The notes beneath the pieces are model-generated. The model had not been told where the DNA came from. It did no database searches and saw only the letters and a program-made list of their open reading frames with translations. A DNA stretch of 64,000 bases from the human T2T-CHM13v2.0 reference genome, Homo sapiens. How positions within the stretch are numbered: the stretch's first letter is position 1; every line of letters starts with the position of its first letter. The DNA is taken from assembly GCF_009914755.1 (NCBI RefSeq), contig NC_060942.1; one strand, 5' to 3'. Of this stretch, positions 26,901 to 41,325 are shown in pieces. A program made the translations under genes and the position numbers.

Positions 26901-28074
26901 ACCAAGGAGGCTGGGGACCGGGGAGAGAAGGCTGTGCTTTGGGTGGCCCTGGGCAGGCTGGGTTGTCTGGGAGGCAGAGCAGGAAATGGCCCCATGGCAG
27001 AGCCAGATTTATTCACTGTCTGGGCTTGGTCCCAGCCGGTCCTTTGCTCAGGCTTGGTAAATCCTCAGTTCTGAAGTCATTTTTATTAGCGATTGCCTTT
27101 TTTTTTTTTTTTTTTTTTAGCTTTGAAAATGTGGTTGGACGAAAATGAAATTTCAGATGTGTGTGTCTCAGCATTGATTTTTCTATTTGTAATAACACAC
27201 CCTGGCATATCTCCTTTGATATCAAGAGGATAAAATGTCCCTAACAGCATGCTCTTCATTCTGGGGTAATGGATAAAGCCTGTTTATGAGATGTCATTTA
27301 TTCCACAATAGACAGTAAATAAAAGCCATTTCAAGCTTGGGTTAAATCAAAGCTTGTTCAGGATTTCAGCAGATTTGCAAATCACCTCGGGGACCTTCAT
27401 CAGTCGCAGTTGCTGTTTTCCTCCTTGCTATTGATTCTCTCCCTCTCTCTGCCAAGCCTCTTTCTAACCTTAGCTGCCCTGAGCACCTGACTGATTTGGA
27501 AAAAGACAACTGGCCTGGCTAGAGACCTAGCGTGACATTAAAAATTCCTTCCCTCAATTTGGGGAATAAAGGCTTTGAAAGGCAGCAAGAAATTGAGGTT
27601 ATATCAACAAAAGCCAGAGTGGCAAAGGGAAGGAAAAAAGCCTTAGCAGGACAATAAGATGCAAACCTGAATTGGAGAAAGTGCCTGAAAGGCGGTGGTG
27701 GCAGCAGCCGCAGCTCCTTTGAGTCACGTGCAGATTGTATTTCTTTCACTTCCTGGGACCCTGTGTACTGGAGGGAGGGGGAAGAGAAGGGAAGGGGCAC
27801 CACCTGAGGTGTCCCTGCACTAACCCAGGCTTTTGTCTTGCACATTCAAATTCCCGCCCTCTGATCTGACCTGTAACTCCTATGAATCCTGGCCTTTGGG
27901 ACCCACTTAAGTCCCAGGAAGCCGTGTGGCCTGTCCCGTTTCCCTGGTCCCTCACAGCGTGTTATTTGGGATCTTTGACACGTTTAATCTCTCCTTACTC
28001 CTGCGTGTTCTGGAGAGTGAGTATTGGCCTCACAATTGAAACGCAGGTTCCTTTGAGGTTTGGGACAGACTTTT

Positions 28075-28400
28075 AAAGCTAGAAGAGTCAGTCCTGGGGT
28101 CTCTAGACCAATTTTCTCTTCACTGCTGGAATCCCCTGCATAACATCCCCAAAGACAGCAGCCCCTGCCTTCAATTCACCCAGAGTAGGTACTGCAGATA
28201 TGGGAGTCTCTCAGCCTGGGAAATGTCTTCATCTATTAAGCTCAAGTTTTCCATCCTGGAACCCCAGCTCCTCTTCGGATGCCAGCCTGCCTTCCAGAGG
28301 GAGAGTGAGTGAGCCGAGTCCTAGCCCCTTACGGCAGCATTTTCCTAGGTGACCTTGGGCCTGTCTCATCTGCCTCAACCACACTCCAGCCAGAGGGCTG
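28075..28400 (-). mobile_element. L3/CR1 LINE fragment
   Basis: gctggaatcccctgcataacatccccaaagacagc...gggaaatgtcttcatctattaagctc resembles antisense L3 3' end. Confidence 0.5.
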
Positions 28401-28569
28401 ATTTGGTTTCAGTTTATCACTTAGCCATGAAAATCAGTACCCCAACATTTCATTGGTTAGCGTAGACCAGAAAAGTGTGTTCAAATATTTGTGTCTTAGG
28501 ATATTTGTCTCATCATTCCGATTGAATATTTACTGAGTAACAGTTTTGTAGAAAATAATATTCTAGGTC

Positions 28570-29170
<601 letters not shown>

Positions 29171-29468
29171 AAAGAAGGTTCTCCAGGAAATTTCAAGAAA
29201 TTCTGAGCACACTGTGTGACCTCAGGAAGCTTACAGTCTAATTGAGGAGAACCTGTCCAGTGCCAAAAACATGGTGAAAATAGTAAATGCTTCAGGAGCT
29301 CAAAGGAGGGAGAGGAGGAGGAGCTGGGTGATTCAGGAAGAACTTTTAGAGCATTAACTCAAACTGGATGAGACTCAGAAACTTCATCCACCTGCAGGAC
29401 AGGCCTGCTGTTGTGGGCTCAGCTCTTCATGTTGAGGGATTAAGAGCTTGGGTATTCCTCAAGCTCTT

Positions 29469-29753
29469 TTTTTTTTTTTGAGAGTCTGTATCACCCAGGC
29501 TGGAGTGCAATGGCAACATCTTGGCTCACTGCAACCTCCGCTACCCAGGTTAAGGCGATTCTCCTGCCTCAGCCTTCTGAGTAGCTGGGACTACAGGCGT
29601 GCACCATCAAGCCTGGCTAATTTTTGTATTTTTAGTAGAGACGGGGTTTTGCCATGTTGGCCAGGCTTGTCTCGAATTCCTGGACTCAAGTGATCTGCCC
29701 ACCTCGGCCTCCCAAAGTGCTGGGATTACAGGTGTGAGCCACCGAGCCCCGCC
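29469..29753 (-). mobile_element. Full-length AluS (Sz/Sx-like)
   Basis: Antisense Alu; perfect 16-bp TSD tattcctcaagctctt (29453-29468, 29754-29769). Confidence 0.97.
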
Positions 29754-29989
29754 TATTCCTCAAGCTCTTAATTCTAATTCCCTCATTTAGGGGTGAGCTA
29801 ATGAGAGAGCACATTCCATGCACCTAGCATTGTGCCAGGCCTTAAATAACTTTTCTTTCAGATAACTTGATAATGGTGAATCGATGACATCAATTGTAAT
29901 AGATATTTGAAATAGATGATGTGCCCTTTTCAGTCTTCTGAAATCAAATTGTGGGAGTAACGGTCTATGGTTCTGTATAAAACCAGTCT

Positions 29990-30274
29990 GATTGGGCGCA
30001 GTGGCTCACACCTGTAATCCCAGCACTTTGGGAGGCCGAGGCAGACGGATCACTGGAGATCAGGAGTTCGAGACCAGCCTGGTCAAATGGTGAAACTCCG
30101 TCTCTACTAAAAATACAAAAAAAAATTAATAAATTAGCCAGGTATGGTGACGCATGCCTGTAACCCCAGCTACTCAGGAGGCTGAAGCAGGAGAATCACT
30201 TGAATCCGGGAGGCAGAGGTTGCAGTGAGCCAAGATCGCGTGAGCTAGACTCTGTCTCAAAAAACAAACAAACA
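29990..30274 (+). mobile_element. AluS with a deletion in the right arm
   Basis: Lacks ccactgcactccagcctgggcgaca; TSD aaaaccagtct (29979-29989, 30275-30285). Confidence 0.95.
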
Positions 30275-30374
30275 AAAACCAGTCTGGATAGGGGCTGGCT
30301 CCTAGAAGTGACCGGAAAGGTCCTCAGCAGCTGAAGCCACAACTGTCCCTTTGTTCCCCTCTCCTCCCATTCCT

Positions 30375-30560
30375 TACCTATCTCATTTAATCCTCTCAAT
30401 AGCCTTTTGAGGGAGGTGCTGTTGTTATCCCCATTTTACAGTTATAAATACTGAGTCTTAGAGAGGTTACAACTCTCACCCAAAAGCATGCATAATCGAT
30501 CAGTAAGTGTCTGAGCCAGGACTAGGACAGTGTCCTGCCTGAATCCAGGGCTTCGCCCTT
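30375..30560 (-). mobile_element. MIR SINE
   Basis: tctcatttaatcctctcaat...ttatccccattttacag...gagaggtta. Confidence 0.8.
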
Positions 30561-32615
30561 CACCATCCTCTGCTGCCTACAGCAGTGCAGGCTCTGCCCC
30601 CTTGCCCCCTGAGAGGGCCAGGAAGGGGGCCTCCCTGGGGGAGCTGTGATGGCAGAGTCTGCAGCTTGGCCATGAGGCTGAGTCCCAAAGATGCTGCGGA
30701 ATAAGCCGGTAGTTAGAGACGCTATAGGAATTATACAGGGAAAAAGCAGCAATGTGGGAGAGAGGAGGAAGAAAAGGAGAAGGAGAGAAAAAAGGGAGGG
30801 GGAAGGCCCCCTAGGTGCCCTAGTGCCTGGAATACTTGCTCTGCGCCTCTAATTTCTCTCGAGTGGTGCCTGGGTGCGCTCTGTTACAGTTAAAGTTGTG
30901 TCAGTGGTTTCATTAGAACCCAGGCTTTGATTTATAACCCTCCCTGCAAAAATGTGCTCCTGGCTGAAAACTGGCATCCGAGGTCTTGGGCCAACAGAGC
31001 CATTTCTATAGAAGAGTTATAAGGCAGGGGCCAGGAGGGAGGTCCCTTTCTTGAGTCCGGTTTTCCAGCTAGAAATAAAAAGAAGGGGGTGGGGAGTTGT
31101 TTAGAATTCAAAAACATCAGCCTGGATTTCAGAAGGAGTTCTTAAAGGGTCAGTTTCTTCATCATATGCATGCAGAGACTTTTTTGTGAAAGTATCTAAA
31201 AACTGTTCACAGAAATGGTGCTTTGGAGTAACTCCATCTTGCAAACATCATTATGAAGAATAATTAACAATAATAATGAAGATAATGATCGTGGTAGTAA
31301 GACTTTCTTATGGGATGATGCTTTAACTTTATCATGAAGCACCCACATACATGGTCACACTAATACAGCAGCCCTGAGACAGTTGGGAAGAAATTAGTAT
31401 CCCTGTTTTGTGACAAAACTGAGACCCAATCAGCTGAATGCTGTGCTTAGAGGCACCAGCCTCAGTTCAGTGGCCATCCCGCCCTAGCGTGCCATCTAAA
31501 CCGGGACTTCAATAAACAAAAAAGCAAAGTAGGTCTGTGTACCAGCCGCTTGTTTCGATTTTTTTTTTACTTTTATTTTAGAAGAATACGCATCATTGGA
31601 AACAGGTCCCATTTTGAGCCACATGAGGCTTGAGAAAAATAAATGTGAAAATAAAAGCGCCGTTTAATATGGGTATCATTATTACTATTATTATTGCAAA
31701 GAGCCTATTTGGAACTGCCTGAAAACCTTAAGACTGATTAATATTTTTAGAGCATCAGAAGGTATGCTTTTTTTTCCCCAGTATAAATTCTTCTTTCCCA
31801 AATGGTTGAAAAAGCATAATCATAGTCATTATCATCATCATCATTCCTTCCACTAATGTATTGCTTCACACATAATGTCTCATGAATTAGCACATTTTCT
31901 GCTCAAGCATCCCCATTTAACAGATGAGGAGATGGAGGCTCAAGTGCATATAGCAAAATGAGGGGGTCTTGGGACTGAAATTTGGATTTTCAACAAGCTT
32001 GCCACCTTACCACTCTGCCTCTTATCACACATGCTTTGTTGGGCAAATGCTTTGAAGCCCAAAATTGCACCAGGTCAGAAATTAGGAATAGTTCACCATC
32101 AGGAATAGAGCTAATGTGGCCAAGGCAGTCACCGTCAGGACAGACACCCCAATGACAGGCTACTCAATGTCTCACCAGCACGTTCACTCTGCATGGGTTC
32201 CTCAGCCCTGTCTCAGTCCCTCCCGCTGGAGCCCTGTCCCACAAAGGCCTGCCCCAGGGGCTGGGAGCCAGGCAGAGCTTCATCCCTCCCACTGAGCAAG
32301 ACTTGGGCTGTCACTGTGCTGTTATTTATGAGTCCCCCTTGCCCAATGAGTGGCCTCGAAGGGGCCCAGCCTGGGCCTGCTGTCTGGCCAGACTTGTCAC
32401 ACATCATTAGATGTTTGGTTGCCACTGACCCCTCTGCCATCTGGCTGAGTGGCCTCGGGGTGAGGAGAGGCAGGCAGCAGCTCCTCATGCAGCCCCCAAG
32501 TCTTTGTGGCATTCAGGACATGGAAGTGTTTCAGAACTGTTGTGCTCATCTACTAAGGGGAAGACAGAACTGGAAAATAATCTCTTCAAGAGATTATTTA
32601 GGGCTTCTCTGTATT

Positions 32616-32836
32616 TAGGGTTTCTCACCCTTGGCACTGCTGCCATTTGGGGCGAGATAATTCTTTGTTGCCTGAGGCTGTCCTATGTATGGTAAGATGT
32701 TGAGCAGCATCCCTGGCCTCCTCCCTCTAGATGCCAGTGGCACCCCTGTCCCAGATGTGACAACCAAAAATGATGTCAGACATTGCTGAATTGTCCCCTG
32801 GAGGAGGAGAAAAATCAACCCCTTTGAGAACTGCTG
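32616..32836. mobile_element. MER20 hAT-Charlie MITE
   Basis: gtttctcacccttggcactgctgccatttggggcgagataattctttgttg...gtgacaaccaaaaatg...cagacattgc...ttgagaactgctg. Confidence 0.92.
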
Positions 32837-35554
32837 GGCAGCTCTAAAGGTAAGACAAATTGGGCAGTGAGTTACTGAGCTATGACCGTGGCAGGCATGC
32901 ATGTTCCCCGAACAAAAACCATTTCTGGGACAGCATAAACAGATGGCAAATATTTTATGAACACCGTGTTGCCTAATCATTGCAACCATTTATTGTATCG
33001 TTGGAATTCCTGACCCCACTTTGCAGATGAGGAAACTGAAGTTTAGAGAGGGAAAGTGATTTTCTTGAGGCCTGAGAAGTGAGAGTTAAGCTGGGTTTAA
33101 AATCCAGTTTTTTTTTGGAAGCCTCCTGCACATTGCTGCAGCCTTGTGTCCTTGTTCTCAGTGTAAGGGCTTGGCAAACATGGCATGTGGGGCCCTGAAT
33201 GTTCTATGATTGCATACTTGGCCTGCGGCAGAGGATGCTCATTTTGTGTCCTCGCGCTGTTTCCACTATGTTACACAGGGCCTCTTTTTCCCCACAGCCC
33301 ATCTCCCCCAGAGCTCCCCTTTCTGTGCCCTGGAGCAACCCCTTTGCACCATAACAACATTTGACCCACAGGACCCAGGGTGGTGAGAGAAAGTTAGAAC
33401 CCCTCCCAGGGATGCTTACATTGTAAAAGATCCCTGGGGAGAAAAACCAAAGCAGTGCACTCTGTGATATTTCAGTCACTTTACTAGGTTGGTGTAGAAC
33501 TCACGGGGCAGGGTATTGTAGAGCCCTTTAAATCAGTCTATAAGCTAGGAGATTCCATCTCTATAAAAATGAAATATTTGAATTTTAGAATATAGGAAAG
33601 TGGTCAAGTGGTTGCTACTGCTATTTTAACAATTGCATGTAAGTCTTTAATTACAACTTGCCTTAAACCCTCTCTAGAAGTAAGTGGCAAATTTGTGAAC
33701 ATCTTTTGTGCTTATTAAGTAAAACAAACCTATTTCCAGAGTGCCTGTCCCCAGATTTGTTTTATAGAATCTGGAGTAGGCATTAAGTTATATATAAGCC
33801 AGTAAAGCGGTCCAACCACACATATAAATTGTACAGCCTGAACTCTTCTTGACCCCTTTCCCTGAATTGCATGCCCCCTTGCTGTCTTGCAGGCCAGGAG
33901 GTCCCCAGTTGGTTCTGGTCTGGTGCAAGTTGTGGCCAAGGGTCTGGCCGATGGACTCACCTAGATTGCTTGGGCTTCTTCCCTTCAACATGGGTGATTT
34001 ATCTGAGTTTCAGGGTCCACCAGCAACTCTTGCTTCCCTGATGTTGTTAAACAAATCACTTCCTTTGCCAAATAATTAATTTGATGACATTTCTAATTTC
34101 TGCTTATCTTCCCTTCAGGACATGCAAACTTCATTTTATGACCCCTGTTCCAAAGGAACACACAGGCCAGAAAGGTCATTAGATGTACAGGTAGAGTCAG
34201 GAAGGGACAGATGTTTGCACTGGAGGGATACTAGGAAGCTGGCGGCTGGCAGCCTTTTCTGCTTTTTCCAATCCACATTATTCAAGACAAGGTTTTTTGT
34301 TGTGGTAAATCTATATTTGAGGTGAAAATTATTCAGAAGGAAGGCTGAATGCACTTCCTGAAGCCAAAGAGGAGAAAGGACTATTCGTGGATTCCTGGAT
34401 TGTATGAGCTATGTGATCTGGGCAGGCTGCAAGGAGGAGGAGGATTGTAGGCTAGTCTGGGGGTGGTGTGCTCACACAGATAGAGGGGAGAGAAGGTGCA
34501 TTCAGGGCGAAGCCACGGGGGTGGACGGTGTTGGTGGGGGGCGTAGGTACTAATGGGAGTAGAAACACAGGGCATGTTTCAGAGATGGTGTTTGGCTGAT
34601 AGGTTTGATTGTGATCAGCTGGAAGGCTGTCACAAGTCCGGAATACCAGGTGAGGCAGTGGGAACTCTGTGTTCCTGGCAGGAGAAGCAAAAGGCAAAGC
34701 TTCCTTCAGCTCCTTCCCATCCCATAACTTTTGCTTGCCACAAGACCCCAAGATGCTGCAGCAACAAGAAAGGCTACTGGATCATCAAATAAACATGTGA
34801 TTTAATTAAGTAGAATTTTATAATTCATAATTGTGATGTTTTTAAAACAGGGATACTAGTAGCATCATCTTGTGCTGTTTTGTATACAACTTGGTACACT
34901 TCCTCTTCATTTATTTGGATCCCAGCCTTGTGAAATGGGAGGAGATGAACAAGTATGTGTGGATGAGGCAGAAAGGGTGGAAGTAACCAAAGCTCAGAGA
35001 GATGACACCACCTGCCCAAGACCACAAAGCCGGTCACCTGTGGGTCTTGGGGCCTGTAGCAATTGTCTGTTACTTGAATGTCAAGCTTATAGGGACAGCC
35101 CCGGATGTTGCTAGAAGGCAGAATCCAGGAAGCTTCAGGCCGTGGTAGCTGTCACCACCTATAGCCTTTGGTCCAGCTCCCTGGTAAAACACACACCTGT
35201 GGGCACCCACAGCACCCTGGGTCTGGGAGAGGGGGTGCAGGTGGTCACTCGGAGCTGAAACCCCATCAGCGGAAACACTCCACATAAAAGGGAGCCAGGG
35301 ATGCCAATTTCCATTTTCATTAGAGTGGCTGGTGCTTAGTAATCCAGAAGCTTTATTTAAGGGCTGACCTCTGACCGGGCCTGTCACTCCAGTGGCAGGC
35401 GCCTGATAGTCACTAGAAATCAATAGCTGGCATGAAGGTCACTTCCTAGAAAAACTGGGGCTATCAACGTGTCAGTTCCAATGAAAGATTATAACCAACC
35501 AGCAGAGAAGTTTATCTGTGGCTGAGAGCTTATCTGAGCTGGGCTTGTTGTAGG

Positions 35555-35930
35555 CTGTACACATGCACATGTGAGTAGCTATGTGTGAGTGGGCAAGTGT
35601 GCATGCATGTAGAAATGTGTGCATCTGTGAAACAAAGCACACATGTGCAGGAGAGTGTGTGTGAGTGCTTTTGTGCAGATATGAATGTGCATGTGGGTGC
35701 AATCAGTGTGGATAGGTGAGCAAGTGTGTTTAAGTGCAGATGATAATGTGTGTAAGAGAGTTGTGTATTTGTGCTTCTGTGTGTACATGCATTTTCAGGT
35801 AAGTTTATGTATGTGTGTCAGTGCACATGTGAACATGTTAAGCACACACATGTGTGCGTATGTGTGGTTGGGTGTGCAGATGCCCATGTTTGTGTATATG
35901 GGTGTAAAGGTGCATTTGATAGTATGCATA
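35555..35930. repeat. Degenerate (TG)n low-complexity tract
   Basis: About 370 bp of tgtg/gcat units. Confidence 0.85.
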
Positions 35931-38900
35931 TATCTTACCTGGCCTAGAAGGCCTGAAATACTCTGGCCCCTGTCTACTCAACCAGTCTCTCCTCCCCTCC
36001 CTACTCCACGCTGGTCCCTCACTGGGTTCCTTCCTCTTGCCTGAGGATACAAACCATGTCCTCTCAGGACGCTGATACTTCAGGGCTTGCTGCTTCCACC
36101 AAGCAATGTCTCTTTCTCGTCTCCTGTACTGCCCCTTTCCTACCACTTGGTTTTCAAATGACATGCTGGCCTCTGAGAGTTACATTCCCAGCCATCTTGA
36201 AGGTGTTCCTACATGTATTTCCTCCATGGAAGTTACAACAACGTGTGGGGATCTCAGTTTAGTGAGTTGTTTGTTGTCTGCCCCCTCACAGGCCCCCTAT
36301 CCATCTCTGCATGGCTGAGCCCTCGCTGAGGTATCTAGGGATCTCGCAAGTGTCTGACACCTCACAGGTGCTGACTCTTTGGCCTCTTTTCAGACAAGGA
36401 GAATTCTATCTGCTGAGGAATTCTACACTAGTGCTGTGAACTTAACCTCTCTGGGCCTCAGTTTCCTCATGTGTAAAATGGCAATACCTGCCCTGTCTAT
36501 GCCACAGAATCAAATGAAATAAATACGATAAAAACCTCTTGGAAAGCATGAATTGCCAGGGGCCTGTCACATATTTTCATGTGGTTAAAGGCTGTTACTA
36601 CTCAGAAAGAGATGTGCAGAAATGGGTGTCAATGATAAGCCAAGGAATTCCAAACAGATTCCAGAATGTTTTTTTCCATGTCATTAATTCTACTTACAGG
36701 CACTGGCGAATCCTGAGACCTTCTCAGGCCTATATCAGCCAGGATCTTCATTTATTGTCTGGATACCTGTTTCTGGAAGGCATCCTAGTCTCTTCCTTTC
36801 ATAAATGAAAGGAAGGGAGAGTGAAGAGTACACTTCCCCTCAAAGAAAGAGAAAAGCAATATAAAGAATTAATCAATGCTACCCAAAGAAGATGGTTTGT
36901 TCCACATAGTTGCCATGGGAACCTGGAGCTGGATACCAGGGCTGCCTGAGCTCTGTGTTAAGTGGCTCTAGACTATGATTTGGGAGCTGGAATCTTGTCT
37001 CCACCCTACCACTGCTGAGCTGTGGGACCTCATGTCATCATTGCCTCACTTCTTGGGCCTCAATTTCCTCATGTCTAATATTAAGGAATCTAAAAGATGA
37101 TAGAGAATCTCTGCTTTGCATAAGTAAAATTCCAAGTCATGTGTCCTATCTAGGTCTCAGCTTTTCTGTCTATTAAGTGGGAGTTGCCTCTTGTAAATAA
37201 TTGAAGGGAAGGGGTAGAAAATGAGAGCCCGGGTCAAATGTAAGTTGTGTCTTTTGGCTTCCAGAATGTCATCTTCTTATTAAGATAAAGCCTTATGAAA
37301 TTAATTCTCATAGGCACACATTCCATTATTTTGTTCATTTATTCACCAAACCTGCAATGAGCAACTGCAGCATCATGGTGCCAGGCATGATGAAAGAAGC
37401 TGAGGGTTTGGAGGTGACAAAATGCAGTCTCTGCTTTCAAAAGCTCAGGGTCTCATGCAGGAGACAGGGAGATAGCTAATTTCAGAGCAAGGAGGGACTG
37501 GCTGTAACCAATGTCAGTAATGAGTGAGTGACAGCACTTTTGAATCTCTCCTTCAGGTCATCCCTAAGTTCAGGGTGAGGAGATGACCTACCCTTCTGCC
37601 CCGCAACGCCATCCTACATCTGAAATTCTTCTTAAGGGCATGGTGGAAACCCTTACCTTTGAGATGAGCCCAGTACCAGCACTAACATATGGAACCATAG
37701 AGTTGACACTGGAGGAACCCCCAGGTTTCATTTGAGAGGACACTGGAGTTCAGCGTGGAAGAAAGTCCTGCCCAAAGTCACACAGCCCAGGGCTCCTGGC
37801 AGGGAGCCACGGCTGCTTTCTCTGCTCCATACTGGAATTAAAGGTTGAATTCCAGGCAATTTTCCAGTTCCTAGTCCCACTGGATGGAAAGTCAACACAC
37901 CTGGTTCTCTCAGTGATCTGAAATCACATGCAGAAATCCACTCCTTAGTCACAAAGAGAAGTTAGTGGAAGTGTGTTTTGTTCCTAGTTATCCTCTCCAA
38001 AGGTTCAGCCCTTTGCATTCCCTTAGGAGAAAACAGGGCCTGCCCTCCTCATGTCTGTCACCTGTCCAAGATCATTCCTTCTATCATTCACCTCCCATTA
38101 ACCAAAATCCCCTTCTCTAGGTACCTGGGTCTTGGACAGCTGTCAAGTGGAAAGCCTTCTGATTAACTAATACTATAATGTAAATGACTGCAAAGTTCCC
38201 TCTTGTGATAACTGAGTCCTGGACAGTGGTCAAGGAAGAAATCCTTCTTATTAATTCCCAGTAAGATGTGAATCACTGACAACTAGCTCTCCAATTGTAT
38301 CGTCAAAGAGAGTGCCTGGAGGTTCAAAATGTTCGTAATTCCTTTCATTTGTTTGACAATTATAGAAGTTTTGCTCAAATCTGGGTTTAGTCACTTAGGA
38401 GCTTTGACCTTATTAAAGTTATTTAACCTCCCTGAGCCTCAGTTACCTCACTGGGAAAATGAAGATCATAATTAGACCCCAAAATATCAGGTGAGAATTA
38501 ACTGGGCTCACAGCATAGCCTCTGACTGATTATAGGTGCTTAATAAATGTTAGTTCCTTTTGAAAGATAGAAGTTGCCACCCATGGAGATTTTAAAACTT
38601 GCTCAAGAGCACTGCTGGTGAGAGCTGGGTCAGAAACAGCAGTTCAGAAGCTTCTAGCAGCGTTGCAAAGTCCCTCCTGGCAGGACATCAGCATTGGTCT
38701 CATTCATTGACACATGTCTGAGGCCCATGCCTGGGTACTAGGGATATGGGCAATGTGGAGAGGCTGGTGGGCAGAGTACTTGGAGAGTGGTAGTTGCATG
38801 GGAGTAGTCACAGAAATCACTGTTTTGGGAGTCTTCAGCAGACTCCATCACTGTGGCCAAGCTGGGGAGATGAGGGTGGCTTGAGGTTGGGTTAGACAGG

Positions 38901-39510
38901 CAGGGCAGAGGTGTGTGGCATTGTTGATGGGCCAGGTCAACTTGGATGAGGTCTCTTGGCATGCACCTCTCCTAGGGGATGTGAGAGCTGACCTCTGTGG
39001 GGAAAGACCTGGGCTATCCATCACCTGTTTGCTCAGGGCATTATGCCCTTGTGTGAGAGGCAGCTGAGTGGCCACAGGGCCTCTGCAGCCTCCAAACCTG
39101 GGAGACAAAGAGGGGAAGGCTGACTCCCTCTTGGTGAGGAACCAACTTCTTCTAATTCAAGGAGGCTGGGGCTGCCACCACCTGACATCAGCCATGGGGA
39201 CCGGTTTGTTCTGTCATGTCTTCAGAGGACTGGCCTTGGAAAGCAGCACTGCTGGAAATCCTGCTGTAAAGCACAGACTTCTGCCATGGAGTCCAAGTTT
39301 GTCCAAGTTTTCATGCAATGGGTTTGCTAAAAGTGGGACCTATTGTTTTGTTATAGAAACCTGGGCTAAGGACTCACAGCAGATAAAAATAAACTTATTT
39401 CATTATCAAAGTAAAACATGTCCATTGCAAAGGATATAGAAAATACAAGAAAAGTGAAATGTTAAAATCATGCACAGTGCCATCCCAAACTCTTACTAAG
39501 ATTCTATGTG

Positions 39511-39634
39511 TTATGTTCGTGCAAAAGTAACTGCAGTTTTACCATTACTTTTAATGGCAAATTAAAAGTTTATTCCCTTTGATGCAATATTGGGACTCTA
39601 ATTAAAAGTTACGGCAAACTCGCAAAACCTAATA
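39511..39634. mobile_element. MADE1 mariner MITE with a disrupted right half
   Basis: ttatgttcgtgcaaaagtaactgcagttttaccattacttttaatggcaaa matches recalled MADE1 left arm; right end gcaaaacctaata. Confidence 0.8.
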
Positions 39635-39828
39635 TTTTCTTCTACCATTTTTTCCACATACATTTTTGCAGATGTCATCTTAGTTTCCTGCCATTTTGTC
39701 ACATGCATAAACATATTTTAAATTATTATAATATGCTTATACATTTCTTTTGTTTACTGTCTTTTTCCCCCAACATTTTACTTTGAAAAATTGTAAACAT
39801 GCAGCAATGGTAAAAGAATTTTACAGGC

Positions 39829-40183
<355 letters not shown>

Positions 40184-40619
40184 CTATAGATATTTATTAA
40201 GGGTTCAATTTAAGCTGGTCTCTTGTTAACTATAGGGATTCAGTTGTTGATAAAACAGAGTCCCCACCCTCATTAATCAGAGTATCTAGTGGGGAGGCAG
40301 ACAGACAGACCGTATACTCATTATTACAGAGGAAACGTATCCAAAGTGGGTAGGGCCTGGGAGAAGGGCCACCTCAGGCTGACTGGTGTTCAGAATGACA
40401 CCTGAGCACCTTTTTGCCGGTAGATAAGTTTTCTCTGTTTCCCTCTATAATATGTGGTCTTGATTCAACTTCTTAGAGTCCCAATATTGCATCAAAGGGA
40501 ATGAACTTTTTAAAAACCAGGATACATGCTACTTTTTGCCAGGGTGTTTTCCAAAAAAACTTGCGCTGAAGTGTTGCATTCTGTCTGAAAGGTGAAGGAG
40601 TTCGTGTCTTCCCTTTGGG

Positions 40620-41325
40620 CTCTGTGTTGGAGCCAGGCTGCCCAGGTTTGAACCTGAGTTTTGCTGCCTTATTCCCTAGGTGACCGTGGGAAAGTTACAG
40701 GAGTTCTGAACTATAACAACTTTCCTCATGTGTAAAATGGGCATTCACCAACACTCACTGTATGGTTGGGATGTTTATCTCCTCCAAATTTCATGTTGAA
40801 ATGTGACCTCCAGTGTTGGAGGTGGGGCCTGGTAGGAGGTGTTTGGATCATGGGGATGGATCCCTTATGAATGGCTTAGCGCCATTCCCTTGGTGATGAG
40901 TGAGTTCTTGCTCAATTAGCTCAAGAGAGATCTGGTTAAGAGTCTGGGGCCTCCCCCCCTGCTCTCCTGCTCCGTTTCTCACCATTTAATGCGCTGGCTC
41001 CCCCTTCACCTCCTGCCATAATCTTAAGCTTCCTGAGGCCTCACCAGAAGCCAAGCAGATGCTGGCACCATGCTTCCTGTACAGCCTGCAGAACTGTGAG
41101 CCAATCAAACATCTTTTCTTTATAAATTACCCAGCCTCAGGTATTTCTTTATAGTGTCACAAAACAGACTAATACATTCAACTTTTAGAGTTGTTGTGAG
41201 GTTGAAATGAGTTAAGATTAAGCAACACCCACCTTACAGACTTGTCGTGAGGATGAAATGAGTTATTTTATAAGTAGGGCTTAGAACAAAGCCCGGCGCA
41301 CAGGAGTGCTCTATCACCATTGTTA
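40620..41325 (+). mobile_element. MIR split by MSTB
   Basis: ggagccaggctgcccaggtttgaacc...ttcctcatgtgtaaaatggg; resumes gttgttgtgaggttgaaatgagtta...cttagaacaaagcccggc. Confidence 0.75.
40759..41176 (+). mobile_element. MSTB-like MaLR solo LTR
   Basis: tgtatggttgggatgtttatctcctccaaatttcatgttgaaatgtgacc...cagcctgcagaactgtgagccaat...ataaattacccagcctcaggtatttctttatag...actaataca. Confidence 0.92.

Noticed and set aside
41190-41265. Duplicated ttgt(t/c)gtgagg(t/a)tgaaatgagtta
   Set aside because: Old diverged tandem duplication within a MIR; ordinary
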